Part shown: positions 50,299 through 63,115 of the stretch, one piece after another
Layout: every line of letters starts with the position of its first letter
How positions within the stretch are numbered: the stretch's first letter is position 1
From: Halocafeteria seosinensis
Lineage: Eukaryota
Direction of reading: 5' to 3'
Assembly (NCBI GenBank): GCA_001687465.1
Contig: LVLI01000565.1
Coordinates: 1 to 64,000 of the forward strand
DNA: 64,000 nucleotides
The notes under the pieces: generated by a model
The model's input: only the letters and a program-made list of their open reading frames with translations
Database searches by the model: none
What the model was told of the DNA's origin: nothing
Translations under genes and position numbers: made by a program

Positions 50299-50798
50299 CT
50301 TGTACTTCCTTAATTGTCCCCAGAACAACAATCCATTAAGCTTAGACGACACTTCAAGCGGATTCCAGAGCTGCCATAAGGGGGCGAAGAGCGTGTATTC
50401 TACATGCAGCTCGAAAAAGCCACGTGCTAAAAGCTGCTGCAAACAATCCCCTAAATCGAATCAGCATCTTTGGTGGGCCAATAGTAGTTGCTTGTTTTTG
50501 TCTGACCATGTAGCCAGTTCCTATGTCGAGGCCGTGAACTCGTTTAGAATTCGACTGTCAGAAAAAAAATTAAAAAAATTAGGATCCTGTGAGAATTCAT
50601 GCTAAACACCACAGGAGTCTCTACCATCCACACATATCCGGTATCTCGTTGTTTGTCAGAGATTCCTCATTTCACTTCTGAATTCCCGATCCCTGGGGCT
50701 GGCCGGGATAGTTGAGTCGATTGTGAGGGTGTTGTTGAAGTAGCAGATCCTGCCCAAAGATTCAGTATGTTGTATAGCTGATTCCCTCTCTAATTTAC

Positions 50799-53700
50799 AT
50801 GTTTAGACGCAAGAGGGGCTCCCGCCGCAATACCACGCCTCCCCGAAGCCAGGTGGATGAGCCCTCATCGCCGGCCTCTACGGCGTCAAATACGGCTCAG
50901 GCGCCTCGACTGGCTTCAGCAGGCATGGATGCTCGAGCTATGCAAGAGACTATTGAGTGGGTCGATGAGATATGTGGTATGTATTACAGCCTTGAATCGA
51001 CCTATGGTGTGCCGTAGGATAAGGTACTCAAACTCAAGCGCTGCAGGACCGGTCTCTTCGCTGCAAGAATGCCTCTCGATTGAAATACTTACGCAGCTTT
51101 TGCTCTCGGTATTGCCCGTGCATGCCGTCCCTTCCATACGCGAACAGCTAAAGTTCAGGGACCAATATGAGTCGCTAGGCGCAGGAAAGGCCAACACGAT
51201 CAGCGAAGTGGCATACTTACAGTAAGAGAGCCCTATCAGAAATACGTGTCAACCGTTTGAATGGCATGGTTAAACATGTAACTACAGGGAATGTTTGCGC
51301 TTTGGAATATCTGAGTTATTCTTCCCGGTACGTTGAGGCTTGTTTCATCGCATGATCATTTGAGTTTGAACTGAGCGACTTGAACCGATTGACTTTTGCA
51401 GGGCGATATCGATAGACGGCATACCCGCGTCTTTTCACATATACTTGCCCTACGAAGACTGGATCGATGGAAAAGGAAGCAGCCCTCGAATAAATCCAAA
51501 GAATCTCAAGGGAATAACTTTGTCCAGCATAGTTTAGCCCCGAGCGATTTTGCACCACAATACTCCACAATGGACGGTAAGAGTCGGGCGCCGTTTTCTC
51601 CAAGTATGATGGACTATTGTGACACGGTCAATAAAATTGAATTCATTATAAGCACCCATATATCAATGGAGGGAAGGTCTACCCTGCAATCGTACAGTGA
51701 ACATGCAGCTTTGTATCATGGATTGACGTCGATGCTCGGCATCGGCGGACATAGAAGGCTGTGGAAGTTCTTGATATCGTTTTATCCGGAACTCTTTTTC
51801 AGAGACAGCGAAATCAAATCGTGGGATGACCCACCTGTTCCAGTCCATCAGGAGCATTGGAACACAGTTAAGATGCTTTGCAGAGAAGGGGTCCCAGAAG
51901 ACTGCAGGGGCTGGTGCTGGTTTGCAATGTCAGGAGCATACTCTCGAATGTTAAGAGAATCTGGCCCAGTGAAGAGAGACCTAGCCACCGATGATAATTT
52001 TTACGCATCTCTATGCAGAAGAGGTATGAATCTACTGAGTGCAACAGAGGATAGGGACACGTTCGCTCAGGTGGCCAAAGAAGTCCTTGGAAGCAACTTC
52101 AATGCTGCTGCTCATATCAATGATATGCGAGAGTCTTTTGAGCAAATCAAGAAAGACTTTCGAAGAACCTTGAACAATATTGATCCAATACTTGAAGCCC
52201 GAACAACTCTGGAATACAGTTTATGGGGAGTTACCAGGAATCATTACTCTTCCAATCCTGAGACCGCTGATGACGACTATTTTGGAGGATGCCAAACATT
52301 AACGTCGAACACCTATGACGTGCCTTGTCCACACAAAGGCAAGGAAGGTAAATGCTCGGCTGATTTAGAATTAGACGCGAGCGAAAAATCCCTGCGACAC
52401 CTCGAGGAAGGTACTACGTCGATGAAACTCGAGTACCAGCCTCCCTCCCCGGCTCGTCGCTATTCGAGTGGAATCCACATCTACGGTACTCCTGAAGCTA
52501 ACAGGCGAGGGCGAGCGACAGATGATTGTACATTATTTGACGAGGAGAATGGCCGCTTAGTACTATTTCAGCCTTTTGTAGGCAACACTGTAAAACTTAG
52601 CGAAGCGGCTGTAAAGATCTTAGATTTACCTCGCCTGCCGACTTCTTTGTGCTACACCATGACTTGCGATACTGCTACAGATGTGCGGGAATGGCTTGGA
52701 GCACACATTCTCGGAAGCATTTCAGAGGAGCATGCATCTTACACGGAAGCTATGTTAGAGGTTAAACTCGCCATACAGATGAATCCTTCTTCGCTGTGGA
52801 GGGTTTTAAGTGCAACTTGTCTCTATTTACCGTCGGTAGGTTATTGCCAAGGGATGAACTTTATTGCTGCCCACGCCCTGAGGTGGCTATGCGAAGAGGA
52901 AGCGTTTTGGTGCTTGGCTCAGTTAATTGAGTCGTTATTCCCAGGTCGTGGAAACTATTTTTCCTCCATGGAAATTGTGAGTGCTGATCAGGATATCGTG
53001 TCCTCTTTGATGGATGATAGTTTCCGGGAAAATCTGCAATTTCTCAATTTCGAAGAATCTCAAGAACTTTGTCAAAGCATTTCTGCCACAACTCCTCGAT
53101 GGCACCTTTGCGCGTTCGCTGCACCGTTTCCACCTGCTTTTACAGACCGATTATGGGATGGCTTGTTCCAAGAAGGAACGTCAGCTTTATTTCGGACTTC
53201 ATTATCCATAATCAAATTCGTCATGGAGAAGTGGGGTCCTATCAAAGCACCAGTTCTTCATGATTTTATCGCCGAAGTTGCACGTTTCCCCACTTGGATT
53301 AGTAAGGAACTCCGTTCCAGGACCCCGGCGACAAGGCTAGCCGATAGACTGGAGCCTAACATAAGCATCAAAGAGGCATTTGCAGAACCCGGTTGCAATA
53401 GAAAGGCCGAACTTTCGGAAGAATCTAAAACGCTATGGGTATTACGATATGCGCTTCAATGTTTGCACAATCAAGATCGGGCCTTCTTCGATGGCTTGAT
53501 CGTGCCGAGTCATAATGGAGATAACATCGGGTCTCTTTGGTTACGGCCCCAACCTCATCCAAACGTATTGACCCTTTTCTTTGATGGTATACAGACTTGT
53601 ACAGATGTCGCCGGAGACGTTGTACCTCGCCCAGTATTATCTAGTATCCGCGTGAATGATGAGGAAGACGCAGTTGTTGATATTGTTATTCTGCTGAAGT

Positions 53701-56167
53701 CTTTACAGGAGTTTAAAGCCCTAGCAGGGTGCAGCCTGAACGGCATACACGAAAGTGCTACGGCTTCTTCCTCGCCTGAAATTCCCTCAATTTGTGTTCC
53801 CGTGTTGAAGCTAATCTATCCGGCAGACACATCGATAGAGAGCGTGACCTCGACATTTCCAGCCAGCCCTCGTACCAACAGAAGACGGGCGAGTCACGAC
53901 CTGTCAGCCATTCATTCTACATTCAACGAGTTGAGGCCACGGAGAGCATCTATTAACAACTCGGAGCTTTGTAAATCTACCTCTACGATGAGTAAGCATA
54001 AAATCTTTACTTCGTTCGCATGCTATCTCAGTATCTGACTCGGTGGAATGCAGGTCGTTTGGCATCCAAAGTCGGGGAGAAATTGATAAAGCGGGCGTCC
54101 TCGCGTGAAGATCATGCTCATACAGAAGGACCGGTTAGGCGTCAAAGCCCGAAAAGAACTCAGAGGAAAGGACATCCTAGCCCTGATCGTTTGCAAGAAG
54201 CAGCGAGTCGAAAATTCAAACGCTTCCAGCGACGCACGATAAAGACCATGGTCTCAGAGCGGGTGAGAGCTGTTATTTCCCAATGGCAGAGTTTACTTCA
54301 GAGTAAAGTAGTGAGTAGCTCGGTGGGGTGTAGGCTGTGGCTCTGGCTACCACTGAGCCAATCGAGAAAGACGGCTGACGTTGTTAGTCCTTTCGTGCAT
54401 GAATTAATACCTCTCCGCGAAGAAGAGCTCTCCAGATGGATATGGCTTTGCTGGGTTGGGTTGTTCGGTTTGAAAGGAGAGAATGATTTGCTGGATGGAT
54501 TTCCCATTACAGATGTAGCCTTACTTCCCCGTGGGAGCATATTTGAGGTGTCTACTGAGAAAATACCTAAAACTATCAATCTGGATAGTCAGTGGGCACA
54601 GTATTGGACAAGGATTGCGAGCACTAGTTGCGTATACAGACTTGAGGTGGATGGCAGCGTCAATATGGACAAAGACGCTCAGCTATTTCCTCACATATTG
54701 CTAAGGAAAGCGGGGACTACCGTGTGTGAACGCGCGTGCATACAGCTTTTGGCCATTCTACTTAGAGACATATCGTTTTGGATACTCCGTAACGTCTATA
54801 ACCATAAACGGTATGCGGAGATACACATAGAGTTGGATGCCAATCTCTCCCAGGTAACAAGAGCGGCGATACACCCGAAAGAGGAGAAACGGACAGAATT
54901 GTATCCATTTTTCTCAAAGGGATTGTTTGGTCTCATGGTAAACTTGTACAAGCAAGGAATCGAAGAAAGCATATTGCCTGTGCTACTCCGGGTGACACAG
55001 GGTCGCTTGAAAGCGTCAAAGATGAAGTCACTGGTGTGGAGTAAAGACTGTGAAGTTTCGTCCAGTAGGCTGCGCACGACCAGAGTTGCGCTGATGGCAT
55101 GGAATGACCACCTGAATACACTAACAAAACGAGAGTCCGCCCGCGGCAGCGACATTGATAGGCTTCTGGAGGCGGAGAGAATTAAGCTCCAAAGAGGACT
55201 AGTCGTAAACAAAGCGGTTGAGCAGTTAACAGAGTCATCCTTTCAAATACATTGCGGAATGGTAGAGCCCAGCCCATCTTCGACAACCAACGAAGACCTC
55301 CAATTCGTGCTGGCTAATGAGACCCAAGACCGGTCAGCAGAGCGGGTGCTTAGTATGAAGCAGGACGTTCCATTGTATCATGGATCTCGCTTGTATAGAA
55401 TGTCTCCCGAGGATACGCTCACCTCCGAAGAAGCTGCAAGTAATGGTGAAAACTCTGCCACAGGCTCAAACGAGGAGGAGAGCAGCATGAGAACTCGCCA
55501 GGGCAGCGTCAGCAGGCCTCAACCTGGAGTAAATACAGAAAAACGAAGAGGATCGCACTATGTTCGACTACTACGCTCAGTTGAGCAAGCCAAGGGAACG
55601 AGCTTGGGAGATGTTGTGGAGGCAAATGGCGAGTCGAGCGCCGTTGCTCAAGTCAAGTTTCCTTGTGAGAGGAAGCTGGCGTTCTGGTATGGTAACCAGC
55701 CGTGTATGTACAGTTCGACTTCCGGGCTACTCGAGGAATATTTTTTGTACGATACGTACAAACTCACCTACAGTGTTTCCTCCCTCGCGGTCGCGCTTGT
55801 GTGCAAGTTTAAGAACATCACCAGTTTGTCGAATACAATCTCAGCGGTGGATCCCCTCTTTTTTGCTCCTGAGACCGTCGCTCCTTCAGAGCGTTACCGG
55901 GCTCTGTCTGAAACGTATATAGACGTGATAAAAACTGACGCTGATGAGAACGGCTACCGTTTAAAGTCTCGCAAGAATAGCGCCCCAGTGAAGGGAAGCA
56001 CTCCGTCTGACACAGCGAGTCGTTACACAAGCTTCTCGTCTGAATCCTCCGACCGGCCATCTATTCAACCGGAAGAGATATTACTTAAACCAACGATGTC
56101 CCGGAAGTTATTCGAGCAGTATATGCGCTCGTCCAAAGTGGAGCGTGTCACACTTATAAAGAGATGA
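50799..56167 (+). CDS. Large Rab-GAP (TBC domain) protein with an N-terminal calponin-homology-like domain
   Basis: GVPEDCRGWCW, QIKKDFRRT (Arg finger), GYCQGMNF (Gln finger), EEEAFW, RLWD. The spliced N-terminus resembles a CH domain. An intron at about 53992-54053 joins the two long ORFs. Confidence 0.82.
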
Positions 56168-56659
56168 TGCGACGCACTCTAGAACAGGTCTTATCGATCG
56201 AAAGCAAATAGTGCGTCGAGTTCGGTACCCAGTCGACGACCTCGAGTTCCTTCACACTGTAGAGAAACCTGATGTGGTAAGAAAACGTTGATACCGCACA
56301 GTTGCTGAAACGCGGTAGCAGATACTTTGCACTTGTGCTCTAAGGGAAACGGTATACACATGCATTCAGTACGCCTAAATTCCACGGTCGCTGGAGATTT
56401 CCTGCTACGGCGAGGTCCCTAAGTGAACTCCGAAAACGATTATGTACTGGGGATCAAGACTGTGTTTGGAACCAGTGAAGAGAACCTTGAGGCAGAACTG
56501 GAGAGTGTGCCCTTGCAAATCTTTGGCTTCGTCGGCAAACGCTCCGACGGGGCAACTCTCGACAGCACCGAACGCAATCATTAAACGAGAGACGGCAACG
56601 CGAAAGCGTCCACTGGTTAGTTTCCGCTGGACCAAGGTATTTTCAATTAATCGTACACA

Positions 56660-57594
56660 TCAGCCTTCACACGCCATTGCCACTGTAGCTATAATTTCAT
56701 CCCATCGGTCATAATCTATGTTATTTCCCGCAACCCACTCTCTCGACTCCCTTTGCAACTTATCGGAATCAACAATCCTAAGTTCTATAATCCTGTTGGT
56801 AGGGTCTCCCTTGAGTGTGTCTCGTATTTGGGACAGCACTGGTTGCGCATCAGTTTGATCTTCAGACAATAGCTCGTCAAGACGTAGTGGTCGAGAAAAG
56901 CGTCCCACATCGGCATTAATCCTAGTATTGAAAACATCTAAAACCTGGACAGTCAGGTGATTCAGTCGTCCGATTAGAAACCTGATTTCAGCTTCCAGCA
57001 TATAACCCAATTCGCCGCGTAGCCTCTCTGCGTAACATTTGCTTCAAGTTCTGTAACATGCTGTGGCACGCTTTCGGGAACACCTACTTATCAATGCAGT
57101 TTTGTCCTCTTCAGAAGTATACTCCTCATGACCGTGTACGAGGTACTGTAGTTCGCAGAAAACCTGCCTTGTAGTTTTGTAGTGGCTTACCAGGGAATCG
57201 GTTATGGCTGCCAGAGCCTCCAACGACTCGAACACCTTCTTATCTTGCTGAATTAAGGCAACTTTAGGGTAAGATGACACAGCCATCATCGCGTGTTTTT
57301 ATCACTGTCTCGTACCTGAGCTCTTAAGGTATAAAGGTCAGACAATTTGACATAAGGCAGCCAATCCGGAATTAGATACCTGTGAAGCAAGTCCCACAGA
57401 TGATTATTACCCCTTTTGCAACGCGTTTAATGAAGTGACAAGTACCAACGTTTTCTCGAGGATACGATTACTCAACTGCACCCATGTTTGCTGGGCATCA
57501 TGGTTTATGCACTCTTTCCACGCCTGTCGACACTCCTTGAGACGTCTTAGACAGTCTGTGAAGCTCGTTTTACACGCCGTCATTGTTCCCTCCA
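56660..57594 (-). CDS. Helical protein, possibly C1orf109/CINP-like; exon structure uncertain
   Basis: Three collinear ORF pieces joined by plausible GT-AG introns; helical pattern with conserved-looking W residues and a C-terminal W...NID. Family call is weak. Confidence 0.45.
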
Positions 57595-58805
57595 TACCAC
57601 ATGATAGTACGAACTCAGTAGATCTGCATTTACTATAAATTGCTCGCTGTGAATTATGCAACAATGCTGTCGTTGAAACAAGTGAAATCATGTCGAAGCG
57701 ACTCGAACTTCTCGAAGGCAATCGTCCCAACATTTGATTGTCTGATCTGGTGAGTAGGTGCATTAAATCTGGGAAAGATAAAAATGTTGACAGTTTACAG
57801 CTGGCAAGCTACCCGTGTTGGCTCGGACTTATACTATGCCTTCTCCACAGTTTGATTTCTATCCCCACCACGACGCGCTTCTTTCTCCGTGGCCAGGACA
57901 CATGTACCAGTACTGTACAACTTGTACAACAGTTGCAATATCACGAAAATATTTTCCGAGCGTAATGCCGTCTCAAACATGTTGTAATGCTTCTTCTTTT
58001 TCGACTCTGACCAACACTTCACTTCTTCTGTCTGGCTACCACCACACTGTACCTTCCTTCTTTTCAGGGTAAACTTCTAAGTACTTGACGGTGACGTCAG
58101 TATGCATTTCGCAGATATAAAGAGCACGTAGCTCACGCAGGCAGCACTGCTGCGGATAACGGCTCCATACAGTTTCAACGTGGTTTAAGCACCACTTCGT
58201 TTCCCTTATTGTCCTGCGAGAGTGCCCAATGCAAGCGAATTTCAGCAGTGCAGCAACGGAGTTTCTGGTCACAGTCGAGCGGAGTTTGCTCGCTCAGGCA
58301 TTCACAATTGCGCAAACTGCTCCCAAACTGCATAAAACTTGCAAATATCCATTCTATAGACTTCGTACAGTCGACGAATGAGTACTACCCCATGTACATT
58401 GCTCGTTGCGCTACTGACGTCAGAGTCGCAACACGTCACTATCAACAGTTGTCAGGTACTGCTCACTGACTGCTGGCGGCGCAGAACCCGCGCATCGATA
58501 GTATTGGTACGAATATCACTATAGTATGATTCCGTTCATCGATGTGTTATTATCATTGTTTTAGTTTATCTGAGAAGGATATTTCGGTTCGCTGCCTCCT
58601 GCTCGCCGGGAGAACTCGTCACCTACAAAACTAGCTGCAACTCTTCCATCGGAGCAGTCAGTAGTTTCTTGATAGTGATACATGAGTGAACGAACCAGTG
58701 CTGTATCTAGGTTGCTCATAAGGGAGCGCTGTCTTTGGAAAGAATCGCGCTTTACTGCTTGAGACAGTTGAAGGCTTACACACCCACTCAAGAACTGCCG
58801 GCCAG

Positions 58806-60085
58806 ATGGGAGCGTGTCAAAGCAAAGTTGCCACGGGTCCATTGAACCATTTGGTGAGCCACGATCCGTTGGATGCGAGCATTAAGGCTGGTCACTGGAA
58901 ATCCTTTAGCTCAGGGTCATTTACTGGTAGTCCGAGTGCAGTAAGTGCAAGGTTGACGGCTTTCTTCGACGTGCGGGCTGTCGATCCGTTTGGTTGTCTA
59001 TTGCAGTATGACGCCAATAGACATGACATCTCTAAAGAAGCGCTCACAGAATACTCTACACATTCGCAAAGCAGAAGAGATTCAATGTCCTCCACCAAGC
59101 AATTTGCCGAGCAAGTGTGGAGGCAAAACAGTAGAGAATCTTTGAAACTCATTTTAGAGGGCAAAGGGGCTGACTACTTCCGAAAATTCTTAAAAAAGGA
59201 ATTCAACGTGCGTACCTACCGTCCTGAAACTATGCCCTGACAACAACACTACACGTTTTGTATTGGCGCCCCATGCAGGAAAACCATTTAGACTTCCATG
59301 AAAACGTAGAGCAGATTAAACAGGCGAGACTTCGAGGAGCTCAGATTGGCGGAGCGCTGGACCGTCTGGATATCCGAGCAACAGAGGTTTACAATAAGTT
59401 TTTAAGAAGGGGATCTGCATATGAAGTGAATGTCCCGTCCCATATTTACGATCGTTCTATTACTGACGACCCGTTGGAGGTCCTCGAGAGTGCTCAAGAG
59501 GAAGTAGTTAAGATGTTGTCAATGGACTGCTTCCCTCGATTCTTAAAAAGCGAAGAGTGTGCAAGGATGCTTGACGACTTGGAAGATTCAACTCTGGCAG
59601 GGACGGTAGGAAAAGCTAAAGATGCGGCACCACGAGGAAAAGGCGAATGGCTTGCTATGTTCAAGTCTGTTGCAGATTTACTTCCAACTTGCATCGTTAT
59701 CGCTGACATGATGGCAGCGGGTCAGCCGATAATCTTCGTCAACGAAGCTTTTACAAAGACAACATTGTATCCCAAAGCAGTTGCGGAAGGGAGAAATTGT
59801 CGCTTTTTGCAGGGTCCAGAGACTGATGCCGTCAGCATTGACATCATTCGAAATGCTTTGAAGGAGAACAAAGACTGCCACGTAAAACTACTGAATTATC
59901 GAAGAAATGGTGAGGAATTTCATAATCTTCTGTCTTTGAAACCCGTTTTTGGCCTGCATGGACAATGCGAATACTACATTGGTGTTCAGTATGAAATTGA
60001 CAGTGCTTCCATGATGGTTTCACGTCTCTTACAACACGAACAGTTGCTCAAGATGCTTCCATCAAAGATTTCCTGGATGGAGTAA
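58806..60085 (+). CDS. RGS-LOV putative blue-light photoreceptor, paralog 1 (exons 58806-58940, 59007-59207, 59279-60085)
   Basis: RGS: YFRKFLKKEFNENHLDF...VYNKFL...EVNVP...MDCFPRFLKS. LOV: PIIFVNEAF...GRNCRFLQGPET...LNYRRNG...N...GVQ. Confidence 0.93.
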
Positions 60086-60871
60086 TTCAAAGTGCCGGTA
60101 GCCTCCCAAACGAGCTTTGGCTCTAGGCGGATGCTCTGGATCATTCAAAGGATACCAGGCAGGGGGAACGTCTGCATCTTTTGGCCGCAATTTTGCTCCT
60201 GTAGAAGAGGAGCAACTGAGTGCCGTCAGCCACTCCAGCTCAAATGAAGATGGAACAGTCTATCCGCGCAGAGAAATATTGAAGGTTATTTGTACCAGCA
60301 ATGAGGTCTTGACACATCCTGTCGATAATATTCCGAGTGGAGTTATAGAGAATGTTTAATCTGTTTTAATGAATTCTTGACCATCAATATTCGTTGGTGA
60401 CAAGTCTGGGATCCTCAGGAGGTTCTTCAGTCTTACGCAGTACCATGCACTCATGGAGTGTTTCTTCCAGAAGGAAGCACCCAAAATCTCATCTTCATCC
60501 AATCATAATGATACTGATACGAATGCCATCTGACAGATCGGCGGATGGCATCTGTGATGCCTGCATTGCCTGGGACAAGAGTCCAACATTTAATTGTTCG
60601 ATACAGCTATCCGTTCGCACGAACGTCTTGCCACTCCATGCTGCAACAGATGTAATGTACCTAACAACTCAATAGGCACTGCATAGTTATGGAAATTCAA
60701 ATAGACGGACACTGACCGTGTCAACCAGGCTCTCTGTCAGTCATATAGGCTATAGAGCGATTTTGTGAAGTTGGTCAGAATACGGTTGAACTATCCAGCA
60801 GCTGGCCCATATCAAGGCTATATATCGCCTCTTCTTCCGTTTTTAGAGGGGAAGATAAATAGAACGGAATA

Positions 60872-61654
60872 ATGACTATGGAAGCGAACCATCCCATGGT
60901 GGATTCATCTTATGGCAGCCTCTTGGACTCACGACTGAGCTCGGTGGCGCGCTCGTTGGACCTAAGCTTCCGCGAAATCGATGGTCCAGAGAGTACGTAC
61001 CGAGTGACATTTCGAGGTTTACAGTATGTTGGTTTGAACTTACGGTGTGAACGCAGGTTTGAAGGATGTTTACCGTGAGCTCATCGAGCAGGCAACAGAG
61101 TCAGCAATGGAAAACCAGCCATTGCCGCGCGCCACCTTCGAAATAGTGAAACTTAACAATAACTATATATCGGACTTATCCGGTCTGGTCGAAGCTCTGG
61201 ATGAAATATGCGAAGTAAATAAGATCCAAGTGTTAGATCTGTCGTTCAATCATATCCGCCAAATTGACGATCACCTGGCTGGCTTAACCGACCTGAGATC
61301 GCTTTATTTCCATGCAAACGAAGTCTCCCGCTTCACGCAAGTCGAGAATTTAGCAAAATTACCAAAAGTAAGTGAGCATACTTGTAAAACCAAAGGGGAG
61401 TTTTCTTGAGATTAAAACTCTTTCATCCAACGCTACAGCTAGCTAATGTTACACTTCACGCAAATCCCGTCAGGGAGAAGGCTAACTATAGAAAGGTGCT
61501 ACTGAGTACATTAACAGGACTTCGAAGGCTTGATTTCAGTAGTATAACTCCACAGGAGCGGAAGGATAGTATCTACTGGAGGCAAATGACTAACGTAAAA
61601 GTCATTGGATCAGGCACGGAGGGCAGCCCAAATAGTAAGGGCAATTCACCCTGA
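60872..61654 (+). CDS. LRRC51: Leucine-rich repeat protein 51-like
   Basis: LDLSF, KLNNNYISDL, LDLSFNHIRQID, LYFHANEV, TLHANPV...YR...LDFSSITPQER; two introns. Confidence 0.8.
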
Positions 61655-61657
61655 TCG

Positions 61658-62706
61658 TTAAAAGGTGCCGCGTTGCTGCCGCTCGCTAGTTAACGGGACA
61701 TATCTGACACCCATTAACTTTTCTATGCGGACCTCTCCTTCAGGAGTTTTCTTCACTCGGCACAAGTTTTGGTCTCCCGCGTGACCTGCAGCGACGGTCA
61801 TCGTTGCAGCCTTCAACTATTGCTGATGGGTCCCAACTTTGACTTACCCAAAGGTATAATCATTTCCCCTTGAGGAGCAAGCTGGTCGGCGAGCTTTCGC
61901 GGCAATGATTCAGCAGCTGCACCTACATGAATAGCATCGTAGGGACCGTCTTCAGGAGCTCCCTCAAACCCGTCTCGTTTCGAGAACTTCACGATTTCAG
62001 AATCCAGCAGATCTTTGTGATGTTTTTCCGTATTCTTAATCCCCTTATCTACAAGTTCTTGTATATGCTCAATACCATGGACTTTACCATCAGGTTCAAC
62101 CTGTCGAAACAACACAGTCGTATAGCTCACAATACCTTGCCAAAAAAGAAACACATGAGCATACCATCTTGGCGAAAGCCACAGTAAGATATCCGCTTCC
62201 AGAGCCTACATCTAGTGCTCTTGCACCAGATTTAAGTTTGTGTTCCAAGAGTTCAAGCGCATATGCATGCATATGAGGGGCAGATATCGTAGCTCCTACG
62301 CCGCTGCGAGAGGTTCTGAGAGCAGGCATTACGCCGTTTCTACCCTTCTTCCTGAAACTTACATTGGTTGAGGAGAATCAGTATAGGCTTGACTGGATAC
62401 AAAGTCTCCTCGATCGACCGCTAACATTGCATCTGAAAGGCAAGAAATAGTAGGGATACATATCACATCGTCCCTTGTCACTTGTCACTTACTTTTCACG
62501 CGCTCTTTGCTGATGATTTTCGCCCTGAAGAGGTTGTTCACCAGCTCAGAGTTACTTCTCCCACTGCAGAACCAACTCATCTCTTGACCAGCGAGGGAAT
62601 GGACCAGAGGAAGACAACTGGCAAGCCCTAATAAAGTCAGGAGAACTTTAGAAACTTTTGTTGAAGACGCTCCGACGGAGAAGATTTTCCTTTGTTGCAG
62701 TAGCAT
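61658..62706 (-). CDS. PCMT1: Protein-L-isoaspartate O-methyltransferase
   Basis: [51 protein letters not shown]. Confidence 0.95.
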
Positions 62707-63115
62707 GCAGGATAGACCTGTACTTGGAAGTACGTCAACGTACGCAAAAAATCAATTCTTCTTTCCCAAGCAGCTCAACAGCCGTTTATTATATCATATG
62801 AGTGGTGTTAACAAACCTTGCGCAGCGTATCCCGAATTGGATTGTCGAACACTCCCACTTCAACTTCAACATGAGTGTCATGTAGGATGAACCTTGAGAC
62901 TCGAGTCCCGTGGGAAGCATTCAACAGTGAAGAATAAACCTAAAGTAGATCGTATAAGGCGGAGTTCTTCCTCGGTGTGGCTTTGTAGAGAGAAGATGGC
63001 TACAAGTACGCAAACGTCCTGCCGAACTCGCTTCACAACGTTAGCTCCGCACTATTGTACATTGTACAAAACTGGGGACTTCCGAACTGCATTATGTAGC
63101 ATTGTAGCCTACACA

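Noticed and set aside
50299..50442. 48-aa N-terminal extension of the tandem nuclease ORF in the ORF track
   Set aside because: It begins at a non-ATG codon; the first ATG is at 50298.
35869..59006. Several stop-free introns of 3n length (35869-35937, 35968-36036, 38193-38258, 39396-39464, 47318-47389, 58941-59006)
   Set aside because: For introns of about 22 codons, roughly one in nine is expected to be 3n and stop-free by chance, so six among several dozen is unremarkable.
60523..60551. 10-bp hairpin downstream of RGS-LOV paralog 1
   Set aside because: A single isolated stem with no other support; plausible by chance.
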